Source: Octopus vulgaris (lineage: Eukaryota). From it: a stretch of 64,000 bases of DNA. Made by a program: the position numbers and the translations under genes. The DNA is taken from positions 49,848,001 to 49,912,000 of the forward strand of contig OX597821.1 in NCBI GenBank assembly GCA_951406725.2, written 5' to 3'. The stretch's first letter is position 1; each line of letters starts with the position of its first letter. Shown piece by piece: positions 11,280 to 23,662 of the stretch. The notes beneath the pieces are model-generated. The model saw only the letters and a list, made by a program, of their open reading frames with translations, ran no database searches and had not been told where the DNA came from.

Positions 11280-11452
11280 TATGCTGGTGTGTTTATGCCC
11301 CCGTAGCTTAGCGGTTCGTCATGAGACCGATGGTATAAGTACCACACATTAAAATTTAAAAAGTGCAGGGATCGATACATCCGATTAGAAATTCTTGAAG
11401 GGGGTGCCCCAGCATGGCCGCGATCTAATGACTGAAACAAGTAAAAGATAAA
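11280..11452 (+). mobile_element. SINE 3' half followed by (TAA)n
   Basis: atgctggtgtgtttat...ataagtacc...ccagcatggccgcg...gactgaaacaagtaaaaga. Confidence 0.7.
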
Positions 11453-11474
11453 AGATATAATAATAATAATAATG

Positions 11475-11550
<76 letters not shown>

Positions 11551-11552
<2 letters not shown>

Positions 11553-11966
11553 TCTTGTATTAGCCACTAGGGCTCACATACAAAACATTAATTCACGTAC
11601 AACAACATGAAGGACAAAAACAGGACAATACAATGGGTTTTACTGCGTGTACACAATGTAATAACAATAAAAATTGAACAAATTAAAATTCCCAAATAGG
11701 GGAGGCGCTTTAATGTCCTCGTGGAAAAAATCCCCCAAAGCAACGGGTGCCTGAACAACAGAGCAAGAGCCCTTCTCCTTTTCTTTACTGGTGTGCGCTC
11801 AGAATTGGTCCTTTCATACTGGCCACTCTTCCAACATTCACCCATTTTTCAACAAATTTGATACAAGGCAACACTTCCCTCTTCACCCTCAACTTCCTTT
11901 TCAAGTGAAACTCGTAAAAGTTGATGAGGGCTTGGCCTAAATACGGGGCAAAGAGGGGGAGGCGCA

Positions 11967-11967
<1 letters not shown>
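11551..11967 (-). mobile_element. Tx1-like LINE extreme 3' end between two (TAA)n arrays
   Basis: GQALINFYEFHLKRKLRVKREVL..KFVEKWVNVGR resembles the C-terminus at 1628-1813 (GPSLLTYFRYHLKSKIGLEKRCL..VFEKRWKAVVR). Confidence 0.6.
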
Positions 11968-12041
<74 letters not shown>

Positions 12042-12095
12042 CTTTTAACATCAGCTCTAATTCCATATAGTGTTTGGCTTTTAAAGGAGACAATA

Positions 12096-12872
12096 TACAA
12101 GGTGCATTCTAGATGATTCAGACTTTTTCATAAGAGACAATTATTAGTTTCAAAGAAATACAAAGCACTAATCTCCTTTAAAGAAGGATCCTCTGACTTC
12201 AATGCACTTGTAGCAATCCAGCCATTTCGTGAAGACCCCATGGAAGTCTTCCAAAGTGAAGGAGTCCAGGACCCTTGTCACAACTCCCATTTTCTTAATG
12301 TCTTCTAAAAGACTGCCCCTGAGGTTCTTCAGCTTCAGAATCGACCAAAAAGTCTCAGAGATCAATGTCCGGACTGTCAGGAGGGGGAGGGACTGTACTG
12401 AAGCCCTTCTGTGATAAGTAGTTGATTACCAGAATGCGCATCACTGAGCACTCTGAGAACAAATTTTGCGAATATTCAGATGTTTATGAATAATTCTGTG
12501 TACAGTTTTCACACAAACTCCAAACTAAATGCTCATTGTTTTTATAAGCACACGATGGTCTTCATCCAGAGTACCTCGAATTTTCTTGGCCAGTTCTGAC
12601 GTTCTAACGCCCCTCTCCTATCCACTGCTCTCATCGTCTCTCACTTCTCTACTGTCCCTGAACCTCTTGTGCCAGCGAAAATATTAATCCATAAGCAATC
12701 TGAAGTAATTTATAGGTTTCAATGGCATTTTTACCCAGTTTAACACAAGCTCTCTATTGCATAGAGAGCTTTCCAATGCCCCGACTGCATTCTGAAAACC
12801 AGTCGGCTATGACAAGCAATGTTTAGCAGGGTGTGTTCTCCTTCAGTCTGGAAGAATAAAATGCACCTCGTA
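12096..12872 (-). mobile_element. Degenerate mariner transposon with TA-flanked TIRs
   Basis: TIRs TAcaaggtgcatt / aatgcacctcgTA; C-terminal transposase remnant PPDSPDI..FW..KLKNLRG..LEDI....KWL...KCIEVRGSFFKGD. Confidence 0.8.
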
Positions 12873-13439
12873 GTATCGCTTCTGAAATTTGCCAATTTTT
12901 TCAACTAATTTTTTTGTCTTTATATATTATGTTGCCCCTTAAGGACATTGCTTTGTTAGAATCATTCGAGCGCAGGATAAAATTCCTAGTGATATTTGTT
13001 CTGGTTCTTTACGTTCTGAATTTAAATCCCGCAGTAGACAACTTTGCCTTTCATCTTTCTGGATTGAAAGGGAAGGTTGACCTCACAGCTAAATTCCAGC
13101 GTCAGTACAGTTAGCTAATCCTCTCTTCAATATTTCAAGTCTTTTGCCTATCTTAAAACAAGGGTAATGGATTGGCAAAATAATTAGCGAGTCGGATAAA
13201 ATATCGCACAGCATTTCTTTCAGCTTTTTCTACGCGTTGAGTTCAAATCCTACCGATGTTAACTTTTCCTTTCATCACCTCGAGAGTCGATAAAATATGG
13301 TACTAATCAAGTACTGGAGTGAAAGTAATCGGTAAACTTCTCCCTGACAAAGTTACTGGTCATGTGCCTACATTAGAAATAATATATAATGCTACCCTTA
13401 TATACTGTAAGCTAACGTGGAGACCTTGTTATATTTTTA

Positions 13440-13720
13440 TGTTGGAAGATTCACATTGAATTAACTGTGATCTGGTACTACGGACGTGTGTTTAGAATGT
13501 CGCAGGAAAGAATCGCGAGACGGATTCTTTCAACGTGAGCCAGCCAGTTGGAAACGTAGAGGTAGACCTAGTAGAAATGGTTGAATAATATCCATAGTCT
13601 CTTTTGGTCACACTTGTGAATCCTGTCAGAAAGTGTAATGACGGTTGCATCTGAAAAGACCCTATGGAGAAGATGCCTGAGGATTTTACTCCTAAGATCC
13701 GCCCAGAAATAGTAGACAAA
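13440..13720 (+). mobile_element. Degenerate RTE-clade LINE 3' fragment
   Basis: Frameshifted W(Y)G.V.RMSQERIARRILQ...GKRRGRP..W pattern on the plus strand. Confidence 0.55.
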
Positions 13721-13946
13721 TAGAAGACAGATGGATAGATGAAAATCTTTTATTTTTTTACTTGTTTCAGTCATTGATCTGTGGCCATTCTAGAGTACCG
13801 GCTTGAAAGGTTTTAGTCCAAAACAAATCTACCCCAGTACATTTTTTTCAAAGTAATTATTCTATTGGGGTTTTTACGATCCGCTAAATTACGGGGACAA
13901 AGCCGGTTGTTAAGCAGTGGCAGAGACAGACGCAAACTCAAAAACG

Positions 13947-14013
13947 CGCGCGCACACACACACACATATATATATGTATTTATATATATAAATACATATA
14001 TATATAAATACAT

Positions 14014-14093
<80 letters not shown>

Positions 14094-14361
14094 ACATATA
14101 TACATATATATATATATATAGATAAATACATATATATATACATATATATATATACATAAATATATATTAATACATATATATATATACATATATATATAAA
14201 TAATACATATATATATATATACATATATGTATATATGTATATATATATGTATATATGTATATATATATATATATATATATACATATATATATACATATAT
14301 ACATATATATTTATATGTATGTATATATAAATACATACATATATATAAATATGTATGTATT

Positions 14362-14424
<63 letters not shown>
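13947..14424. repeat. Compound (CA)n/(TA)n/(TG)n microsatellite
   Basis: Direct reading. Confidence 0.95.
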
Positions 14425-14426
<2 letters not shown>

Positions 14427-14573
14427 CATAGCTAGCAGGACACCTCGGAAGTAGTAATTATCCAAATGAGGGCTTAATCCGTTAACTATTTGTCGGGCCA
14501 AAAATACCAAGGTAGCTAGGGAATACCCTTCGTTTGGACAATTGTTACTTCCGAGGTTCTGCTAACTTATGAA
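14425..14573. mobile_element. Small fold-back MITE
   Basis: ttcata.ctagcagga.acctcggaagtagtaattatccaaatgaggg is inverted to cccttcgtttggacaattgttacttccgaggttctgctaacttatgaa. Confidence 0.65.
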
Positions 14574-15148
14574 CGATATGCAGCCTTGATTTTATCTACT
14601 CCATTCCCTAACTTTGGATTTCAGTTTGTATACACGGCAACCCCTGCTGCTAACTGTAAGCTATAGAGCAATTTTTTCATCTTACCGAACTTCGATACAT
14701 GAAAAACTTACAATCTTCTGCATCAATAATTGTTCCTGAAAGTTGGTTTTTTTTCCTTCTACGGACTGCTTGAAGCTTACATTCTTCTTACATATCGATC
14801 CTTGGATCTTACCATTCCTTAATATATATTCTTTTATTTTTTGTTTTTTTACTTGTGTCAGACATTTGACTGGAGCACCGCCTTGAAGGGTTTGTTTAGT
14901 CGAATAAATCGAGCCTCGGCCTTATTTTTAAGCTGAGTACATATTCTGTCGGTCTCTTTTGCCGAACCACTAAGTTACGGGGGCCGTAAACACACCAACA
15001 TCGGTTTTCAAACGGTGATGGAGGTACAAACACAAATACACAGGCACACCCCACAGACACAGACACAGATACACACATACATACATGATTGACTACTAAA
15101 TCCACAAGTTTTTTTTTTATTCTCTCTCTCTGTTTATTTCCTCGTGTT

Positions 15149-15186
15149 TCTTTCTGTTGAAGAGCGTAGGCTCAAAACGTAAAAGA
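15149..15186 (+). ncRNA. Minimal type I hammerhead ribozyme relic (Penelope-type)
   Basis: Stem I tcttt/aaaga, core CTGtTGA-A, stem II gagc-gtag-gctc, aAAAC-GTA; A6 and G12 substituted. Confidence 0.6.
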
Positions 15187-15494
15187 CTTTCTCACCTTCC
15201 TCGAGTGTCAAACTAATACACCTGCTTGTTGTTTATACACCTGTCTTCGTCTTTTGTTTTTCTGTAAATTTCAAAAATACAACTGTCTAAGGGATAAATG
15301 TATCCGTAGGCACTATTGGTACATTACCTAACTATATATAAGCCTTGCTGTAAGGTTAACAGTAGTTGGTAGTTTAAGGGTAAACCGTGGTTTAATATAT
15401 TCAAATAAGGTAAGACAAGAAATGGAGCAATATGTAACAATCAGAAGTTGGTCATTAGTATTGAATGATCATAGTTTATTTATGGTTAAGATAG

Positions 15495-15574
15495 CATTTA
15501 CAGCTGTTTCTGTTTGTTATTTTTTAGGTAAACTTACGTTTATCTCGTTCCGTGGAACAAACATCATCAGAATG
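15495..15574 (-). ncRNA. Type I hammerhead ribozyme with intact core and long stem-II loop
   Basis: Minus strand: CAUU-CUGAUGA-UGUUUGUU-(37 nt)-AACAAACA-GAAA-CAGCUG-UA-AAUG. Stem I CAUU/AAUG, 8-bp stem II, palindromic stem III, GUA cleavage triplet (cut between 15499 and 15498). Confidence 0.8.
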
Positions 15575-16589
15575 ATTTGAACTTTACCAGAGGAATATTG
15601 ACAGGAGATCGAAGGTTGACAGGAGAAAAAAGGAAAATTCGTATATATGTTAATGGCATCACTAGCTATTAGTATGTTAGTCAGTGATCTAACTTAATCT
15701 GAATATATTGAAGAGAATTGTAGCTCCGGGTAGTTAGTCGAAGTAAATTGAATATAATTGTGGTCTATGATATTATGTCATGTTATGTGGTAAGGGGGGG
15801 GAGTCAACGGGAGGTAATCAGAGGTTAGACAAGTCAGCTAATAAACAGTAATGTAAAATAAGTATTAGCGGTATTTAGAGAATAAAAATTTATCTTTATG
15901 TGTTTCTCGTCTCGCTTATTAAGTAATTTTGATTTGGTCATTAAAATGAAGAATTTCTCATTTATGCATAAATTGCAGCGTTTATATTTAAGTTTGTATG
16001 AGGATATTTTGGTTAGGATGCACCATTCTAATCTATAATTAATGTTACTATCTTTAAGATCACTGACTAACATACTAATAGCTAGTGCTGCCATTAACAT
16101 ATATACAACTAAACGAGCGATTTACCCTATTCTACCCGAGTTGATTTGTTTTAATTATATTAACGAGTAGTAAATCCTGGTCACACATAACAACACTTTA
16201 CTTATTTATTATACCTATTTACGTAATCTAGATTTATAGCGTATATCGCACTTATACTTTTAAGAGGGTCGTTAGTTTTTAACTAGGGCATTATTTGTAA
16301 TCATAGGGACTTATCTAACAGACTCAAATAGCGTTATTTGTTACTATTGTTATGATTAATGTATTACTACCGGGTATAACTCTTTCGACTAACACCGCCG
16401 TTCAACCGGCCATTTTCCCCACTCACTGCTTCATTCATCTACTCGAAGCAACTGTACACACACGTGCCATCTTTTAAGGACGCAAAAATGTAAGCCTAAA
16501 GATCTAACGAACCATTTCCTTTCCTTTTTTCCTTTTTTCTCCTGTCAACCTTCGATCTCCTATCAATATTCCCCTGGTAAAGTTCAAAT

Positions 16590-16669
16590 CATTCTGATGG
16601 TGTTTGTTATATGGAACGAGATAAACGTAAGTTTACCTAAAAAATAACAAACAGAAAGAGCTGTAAATG
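16590..16669 (+). ncRNA. Mutated twin of the hammerhead at 15495-15574
   Basis: Same 80-nt architecture but CUGAUGG (A9 to G) and GAAAG (stem III pair broken). Confidence 0.7.
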
Positions 16670-16784
16670 TTATCTTAACCAAAATTAAACTATGATCATT
16701 CAATACTAATGATCAACTTTTCGGGAAAAATTTTTTATCAATGGCCAGCATATCAAAAAATACCTTTAAAGGTTAAATTTATAA

Positions 16785-17351
16785 ATAATTTACAAGATAA
16801 GGGCAAAAGAAAAATTCTAATGCCAAATATGCCGAAAAAAAGACAAAACTTTTCAATAACCATTATAAAGGGTAAAGACCCCCTTCGGTCATGAATGACC
16901 ATGGGATTGCACCTAGAAAGTTACCCTCCTAGACACAAGTCCGGGCAAGGTTGCTTATGGAAGACCAGCAGTCGCCCATGCATACCGGCCTCCCCTCTCC
17001 ACGCCACCAGTGTTATCCAAGGGAAAGACAAAGGTCGATACAGCTTGGCACCTGTGACGTCGCAACTCATTTCTACAGCTGAGTGAACTGGAGCAACGTG
17101 AAAATAAAGTGCTTTGCTCAAGAACACAACATGCAGCCCGGACCGGGATTCGAGCTCACAACCTCACGATCGTAAGCTCGACGCTCTAACTACTGAGCCA
17201 TGCGCCTTCATTATAATGGTTATAATAAATTATAACCATTATAATGGTTATAATAAATTATAATGACGCATAAATTATAATGGTTATTGAAAAGTATTGT
17301 CTTTTTTTCGGCATATTTGGCATTAGAATTTTTCTTTTGCCCTTATCTTGT

Positions 17352-17358
<7 letters not shown>
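16785..17358. repeat. 84-bp near-perfect inverted repeat (16785-16868 / 17275-17358) enclosing a SINE
   Basis: One mismatch between arms by eye. Confidence 0.9.
16870..17211 (-). mobile_element. Full-length tRNA-derived SINE (second family)
   Basis: Minus head tgaaggcgcatggctcagtagttagagcg (A box) ... gagctcgaatccc (B box), then ttgtgttcttgagcaaagcac...cactcagctgtagaaatgagt; cattataa on both sides. Confidence 0.85.
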
Positions 17359-17426
<68 letters not shown>

Positions 17427-17644
17427 CGGGTCTCTTTCAGTTTGCGTCTAACAAAACCACTCAGAAGGGTTTGGTCGGCCCGAGGCTGTAGCAGAAGACA
17501 CCTGGTCAAGGTGTCACGCAGTGAAACTGAACCCTGGACCATGTGGGAGGAAAGTAAGCTTCTTACCACACAGCCATGCCTGCACCTGTGTGTATGTGTG
17601 TGTCGGTGCGTGCTTGTAAACATACATGCATGCATACATACATG

Positions 17645-18015
17645 GAACTAGATTACAAGTTCAGGTTTATACCTGTAATTTTGGAGGCATTGGTATATAT
17701 AACACCCTGTCAAAATGCCAATCTTGAGAAATTAGTCTTCCTAAGACCAGAAAGGAGAAAGCTGATTCAAAGACTACAGATCCAAGCCATTACTGGAACT
17801 GTAAAAATCTGTCATTTAAGTATATATGAACACGTCTAGATATGCAACTATATGCAAGAGAATACATACATAAAACAAAACATACGAACCTGCACATATA
17901 CATACAAACATACAAAAATACCCTGTTGCTGATGTGGAAATTCCAATGAAGAAGCTTTAGATCTAGGTTAGAAACCGGCTCTTTCTTGGCGAGAAATCTT
18001 GAAATAAAATTGAAT
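17645..18015 (+). mobile_element. RLE LINE 3' end (same family as 7565-8150)
   Basis: DYKFRFIPVILEALVYIT...NLEKLVF.RPERRKLIQRLQIQAITGTVKIC plus a homologous 3' UTR. Confidence 0.75.
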
Positions 18016-18536
18016 AATGACAAACGTACGACGTGTTTCTTTCAGCTTCCGTTTACCAAATCTGCTCACGAGGTTTTGGTTGGCCAGGAATTATTGTAGA
18101 GAACCTCTGCACAAGGCACCACGCGGCGTGTTAAATCCGGAACTATGTAGTTGGCAAGCAAACGTCTTACCATACAACCATGTCAACACCTATGAATGGA
18201 TTGATAAGTTGAGGGAAATATTCATCCTATCCTTATAAAATCCAAGAACAACGGCGGATTATGCAACTTGCTCTGTAATATTTTTGTTTTCGACGCTTTT
18301 TTCAGATTCTTCTTTAAAACACAGTTTTGATTATATTAATCAAGTAATAACAAGTGTCAAAAAAGAAATATGACTAGGCGTTTCTTAATTTCGTAGTGAA
18401 TTGAAAAGACTGGGTTTATATAAAATGAAATCAACAGAAATGTATTCCAGTGTAATGATTTGCTGTTTCAGAAGACTGTAGGACTTTCTTTATTGCTGCA
18501 CTAAGCCATCAAGGATAATTTAAGTTTACCTATAAT

Positions 18537-18567
<31 letters not shown>

Positions 18568-18603
18568 CTGTTCCTTGAAGTTAATTTGACAATTATTACG
18601 TCA

Positions 18604-18787
18604 TTAACCCTTAAGCATTCGGATTATTTTGTCAAATGCAATGCTTATTTATTTACATTTTAATCCTACTTATTTACATTTTAATCTTATAGCTTCAAAA
18701 TTTCGAAGAAGTGATTGTTTATTTTTAGAATGACATTGCAGGTTAGGTGTGAGAGTCTGGAACTGACCAGTTTCAACTGAAGGGTTA
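18604..18787. mobile_element. piggyBac-type (TTAA-CCCT) MITE, ~220-bp family
   Basis: ttaacccttaagcattc...agggtta; same family as 43968, 46877, 55821, 57160 and 59159. Confidence 0.75.
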
Positions 18788-19054
18788 TCCCGGAATAGGT
18801 TCCAAATGAAACAACTATTACTAGTATTAGTATTAACAAAACATATATAATGTGAAAGTATAGTTGTGTCATTGTTTAAATTCTCTTCATCACAACAGAG
18901 AAAGATCTGAAAGAGCTTGTCAAACCAGTTCACACTCCTAAATTTAAAACGTTCATCAGCATGGCCGCAGCTCTGAGCTGAAACTAGAGAGAAGAGAAAA
19001 TATCCAAAGATAATTTTTAAAACACACACACACACACACGCGCATACGCACACG

Positions 19055-19114
<60 letters not shown>

Positions 19115-19429
19115 GTTATGCAAGATAACTGTACTTCAGCATTGATTTATTTTGACAACTTAAAAGTACACCTATACATCCATACATTCATGCATGTATA
19201 CATACATTTACGCATACACACACACACACTATACACACCACCTTGAAGGAATCGATGGCAGGGCTTATTGTTTTTTTAAGCTTAGTACTTATTCTATCGG
19301 TGTCTTTTGCCGAACTGTTAAGTTACAGGGACGTTAACACACCAACACTACTTGATAACCAACACCGGATGAAACGGTGGGGGTAGGAGACAAACACAGA
19401 CACAAAGACACACACGTTGATATATATAC

Positions 19430-19485
<56 letters not shown>

Positions 19486-19593
19486 TAATAAATAAAATAT
19501 ATGCATACATACAAACATATATGTACGTCCCTACATCTACATGTATATATACATGCATATATAAATATATATACGTGAGTACAGGACACCACA

Positions 19594-19721
19594 ACTAGAC
19601 GTAGAACTCAACGAGAAACGAAAACGGAAAAAACATTTTTTTTACAACAGAAAAACAGAGACGTAGAACTCAACGAGAAACGAAAACGGAAAAACCATTT
19701 TTTTACAACAGAAAAACAGAG
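19594..19721. repeat. Tandem duplication of a ~62-bp unit
   Basis: agacgtagaactcaacgagaaacgaaaacggaaaaa.catttttttacaacagaaaaacagag present twice. Confidence 0.9.
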
Positions 19722-19884
19722 TACAGGACATACTACACAAGGAAAAATCCCCTTCATCAGCTGTAACTAGTTCGACTCTAGCGTGTTTCGAAGGCAAGAC
19801 AGAACACGACTCGCCAAACTAGTCCTTCCTGCGGGAGAATTAAAATAAAATTACCTCGCAGAGGGGTAAAAACAAGCAAGAAAA

Positions 19885-20011
<127 letters not shown>

Positions 20012-20314
20012 GTGTGTGTGTGTGTGTTGTATATATATATATATATAGAAGAAGAAGAAGAAGAAGAAGAAGAAGAAGAAGAAGAAGAAGATAGAATCGG
20101 ATAGTTGAATAGATAGGGTTTGGTAATCCTGTGGCCACTGCCTATGGTTGATAAATATCAAACAGGATATTCCGGTTGTGTACACAGAGAACACCAACCC
20201 AATGAATATTTAGCGCCTAGGGGCTTGTCCAAAGCACACATTACATGATTGTATGTTGTTGGTATACTCTAAGGCATCCAACGTGTCGTAAATCCCTAGG
20301 GTGTATTATAATCA

Positions 20315-22652
20315 AATGAATAATAACAGACAATGAATAATTGTCAGGCCATTACACCTGTTTCTAACGCATTTTTTTAAACAGAAGAATGAGAACATTA
20401 CTTCATTGCAAAATACTGTAATCTTCAGATGAAACATAATTTCAAAAACAAAAGAATATCCCAAGAATACAGCAGTGACGTGGCTGAAGTCTGTCGCGGC
20501 TTACCCTGAAATGGGAGAATGACTAACAAAATTGGCCGTTGTGGGTATCAGGGTGTTGAGTTAGGTTAAGAATTTAGTTTGTGAAAGGTGTTATATGATA
20601 TTTATGATTAGTGTCCCTGGTGAATAAGAGTCAGCTATAGTGGTTCTTTGAGAGGTTAGAGATGGAATGTAGGTGATTAAAGTGTATATTTTATTATACT
20701 AGGTTTAGAGAAGTTGGTAGCTTAGAGAGGACAGAAGATAAAGTAAAGATAAAGAATAAAGAAAAAGTAAAAAAGTAAAAAGTGGAGAAATATATAAGTG
20801 CATAAATAAAGCCAATTAGGTATAGGGTCGGGGTTTTGGATTCGCTAGTTAAGGCTAAAGATCAAAGTTAGGAGTATTCTGTGAATATAGAATGAATGTT
20901 GAGGGAGAGTAGGAAGGAAATCAAATGATTAGTTCTAACTATTGTGGAATTGTAGTGCTTTGTGCGATTGATTTATCTGGTAGAGGAGAAAGTCGTCGGA
21001 TGCTGCTATAGATACGAATATGTTTTATGGGATAGTGGAGACCACTTGTAATATGAGGACAGGTGTGCCTGGAAAGAAATTATTACCTTAACAAATAAAG
21101 AGTCGGGAAATACCTGGTAGTAATAGTAGCAGACTACTTGTCATTAAGGAGTTTAAAGAACAGGGGGGGGGGTATATAATAAATTCCACCTACTACCGAG
21201 TTAGAGGAATTTCCAGATAGGATATCTAAGTCAGCCAGTAGTTGGAAGTAGTCTATTGATTAATAATTTGGATTGTTATATAGGCGGCGTTTATATAATT
21301 TAATTAGACAGAATAATCACCATTGTGTGAATCAGGTATTGCTACTCTGACCAATAGTCGCAGGTAGGAGATTTGGATAGTGTGTTCCTTCTATTATTTA
21401 ACTTGCGTGGCACAAATAATAGTATCTAGGTATAAGGATTTCTTAGTGGAATTGGAAAAGAACTGATCAGGGTGTGCAGGCGATCGATAGTATCTAACCT
21501 AAAAGTATCTAACCTTAATGGGTAAACCATTATGCAAGTAATGTTATCGGGATTATATACCGTAAATCCTCGAGTATAATCTGCATTTTCCCCCCCAAAT
21601 TTAAAGGTCAAAACCCCTAGTGCGTATTATATACGCGGTTAAAAATGACAATTATTTTTAAGGCAATGTCCGAGTCTCTATTTGCTGTCCGGCTATGTTT
21701 ATTCTGGCGCATTTTGTGATGTCGGGCGCGAAAATACCATAAGCTAACCCTGAAAGCAATGAAGTCATAAAAGAATCATCCATAATTTGCAGTAAGCAAC
21801 ATTTATTAAACGTTATTACTGTTATTTCTTTATTTTCTGCAAACAAAATGCACAAAAAAGCTACACGTTTGCATTATGTTATATATGCATTAATAATAAA
21901 GGACGTTACCGTATACATTTTTACAAACCAAGGACGTTATATTGACCTCCTTGACTCAAGTTAGAGAAAGGGTGCGTATTATACACAAGGTTTAGGTTTT
22001 TCAGAGGTACAGCCCCCTGAAAATCCCCTGCGTATTATACTCAAAGGCGGACTATACTCGAGGACGTTATATAGACCTCCTTGACTCAAGTTAGAGAAAG
22101 GGTGCGTATTATACACAAGGTTTAGGTTTTTCAGAGGTACAACCCCCTAAAAATCCCCAGCGTATTATACACAAAGGCGGAACGAGAATGGAAGGACTCA
22201 AGCGAATAAGCAGATCAATCGACTTTTGGGTCAACACAAGAGGGAGTAAATTTGATTGGCCGCAGTCTAAGATCCATTATGGAGGTTATTTAATGTACTT
22301 AAAATATTTAAAGGTGTAGGTAGTCTTACGTATACAGGAAAAGACGAAGGTCTAGTTTATTATTAATTAGATTTTCACTATTTGATCCCTTTAATATTTC
22401 AAACAGCTCCATGCAGCAAAGTTTGCACCCGTATCTGTTGCCTGAGTACAGTTTAACGACCCTTATAATGTTTCATTTAAAATCGAATTTAACATTGAAG
22501 TCCTTTTGTTTTTGAAATTATGTGTCATCCGATGACTCCGGTTTTTTGCAAGGAAGTAATGTTGCAATTAAGTAATTCTTCTATTTAAAAAAAATGCGTA
22601 AGAAACAGGTGTAATGAGCTGACAATTACCCATCGTCAGTTATTATTCATTG
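20315..22652. mobile_element. Second pair of inverted Penelope-like pseudo-LTRs (about 20315-20455 and 22505-22652), each with a degenerate hammerhead
   Basis: Minus 20349-20432: tcat-CTGAAGA-ttacagtatttt...aaaatgcgtta-GAAAC-aggt-GTA-atgg. Plus 22525-22617: tcat-CcGATGA...aaaatgcgtaa-GAAAC-aggt-GTA-atga. Confidence 0.7.
21558..22181. mobile_element. Tc2/pogo-like non-autonomous DNA element with a 130-bp tandem duplication at its right end
   Basis: Left TIR TA-ccgtaaatcctcgagtataatc; partial right TIR gcggactatactcgagga at ~22047-22064; unit ggacgttata... starts at 21932 and 22062. Confidence 0.7.
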
Positions 22653-22653
22653 G

Positions 22654-22754
<101 letters not shown>

Positions 22755-23272
22755 ATGTCGCACTTCTTTCGGTTTCGTCTACCAAATTCAGTCACAAGGC
22801 TTTGGTCGGCCCGAAGCTATAGTAGAAGACATTCGCCCAAAGTACCACGCAGTGGGATTAAACCCTGAACCACGTGGTTGGAAGCAAACTTCTTGCCATA
22901 CAGCCATTCCTGCAATATGTATATTTATTTGACTGACCTCTCTAAACTGCTGTTCCTGACTGTTCGTTTTCTGTTCTTGTAATTATATATTACAATAAAA
23001 TACATCGTAAAATGCATTTAGTATGCGGTCATCATCCACGTTACGGAACTGATACGTTCTCAAAGAAAAAAAGAAGCTTGTTGCAAAATGATTTTCTGTA
23101 ACGCGAAATCAGTTTCCTCGTTGACTTTTATGTTACATGGGAGTCAATTGGAAAAAAAAAATTCGGATTACAGAACTACATGTTACGGCAAGATGCCAGT
23201 AATTATAGACACGCATTCCTATCTTGACCCACACACGTGTAAACAGAGTAAGCTATTTGCTCCAAATAAAGA

Positions 23273-23662
23273 TGGGATGGAAGCACTCCGTCGGTTACGC
23301 CGACGAGGGTTCCGGTTGATCCGAATCAGCGGAACAGCCTGCTCGTGAAATTAACGTGTAAGTGGCTGAGCACTCCACAGACACGTGTACCCTTAACGTA
23401 GTTCTCGGGGATATTCAGCGTGACACAAAGAGTGACAAGGCCGGCCCTTTGAAATACAGGTACAACAGAAACAGGAAGTAAGAGTGAGAGAAAGTTGTGG
23501 TGAAAGAGTACAGCGGGGATCACCACCATCCCCTGCCGGAGCCTCGTGGAGCTTTAGGTGTTTTCGCTCAATAAACACTCACAACGCCCGGTCTGGAAAT
23601 CGAAACCGCGATCCTATGACCGCGAGTCCGCTGCCCCTAACCACTGGGCCATTGCGCCTCCA
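23273..23662 (-). mobile_element. Full-length tRNA-derived SINE (third family) with a 13-bp TSD
   Basis: Minus head tggaggcgcaatggcccagtggttaggg (A box)...ggtttcgatttcc (B box); direct repeat ctccaaataaaga at 23260-23272 and 23658-23670. Confidence 0.85.

Larger units (their letters stand above)
15445..16719. mobile_element. Penelope-like element remnant: inverted pseudo-LTRs flanking a GIY-YIG C-terminal fragment
   Basis: ~190-bp inverted arms 15445-15637 and ~16527-16719, plus an inner inverted pair ~15642-15690 and ~16057-16106. Minus ORF 15834-16100 contains EWCILTKISSYKLKYKRCNLCINEKFFI...LLNKRDE, typical of PLE endonuclease C-termini. Confidence 0.8.

Noticed and set aside
13492-13719. 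75-aa minus-strand ORF as a host exon
   Set aside because: It is the antisense of a decayed RTE fragment.
17130-17211. tRNA genes at SINE heads (also 23590-23662 and 43347-43420)
   Set aside because: A and B boxes are present but there is no complete cloverleaf or acceptor stem, and each continues into a SINE body.
19745-19835. Hammerhead-like fragments (ttcatcag, gtttcg) on the minus strand
   Set aside because: Core halves are in the wrong order or too decayed to build one ribozyme; possibly relics of tandem copies.
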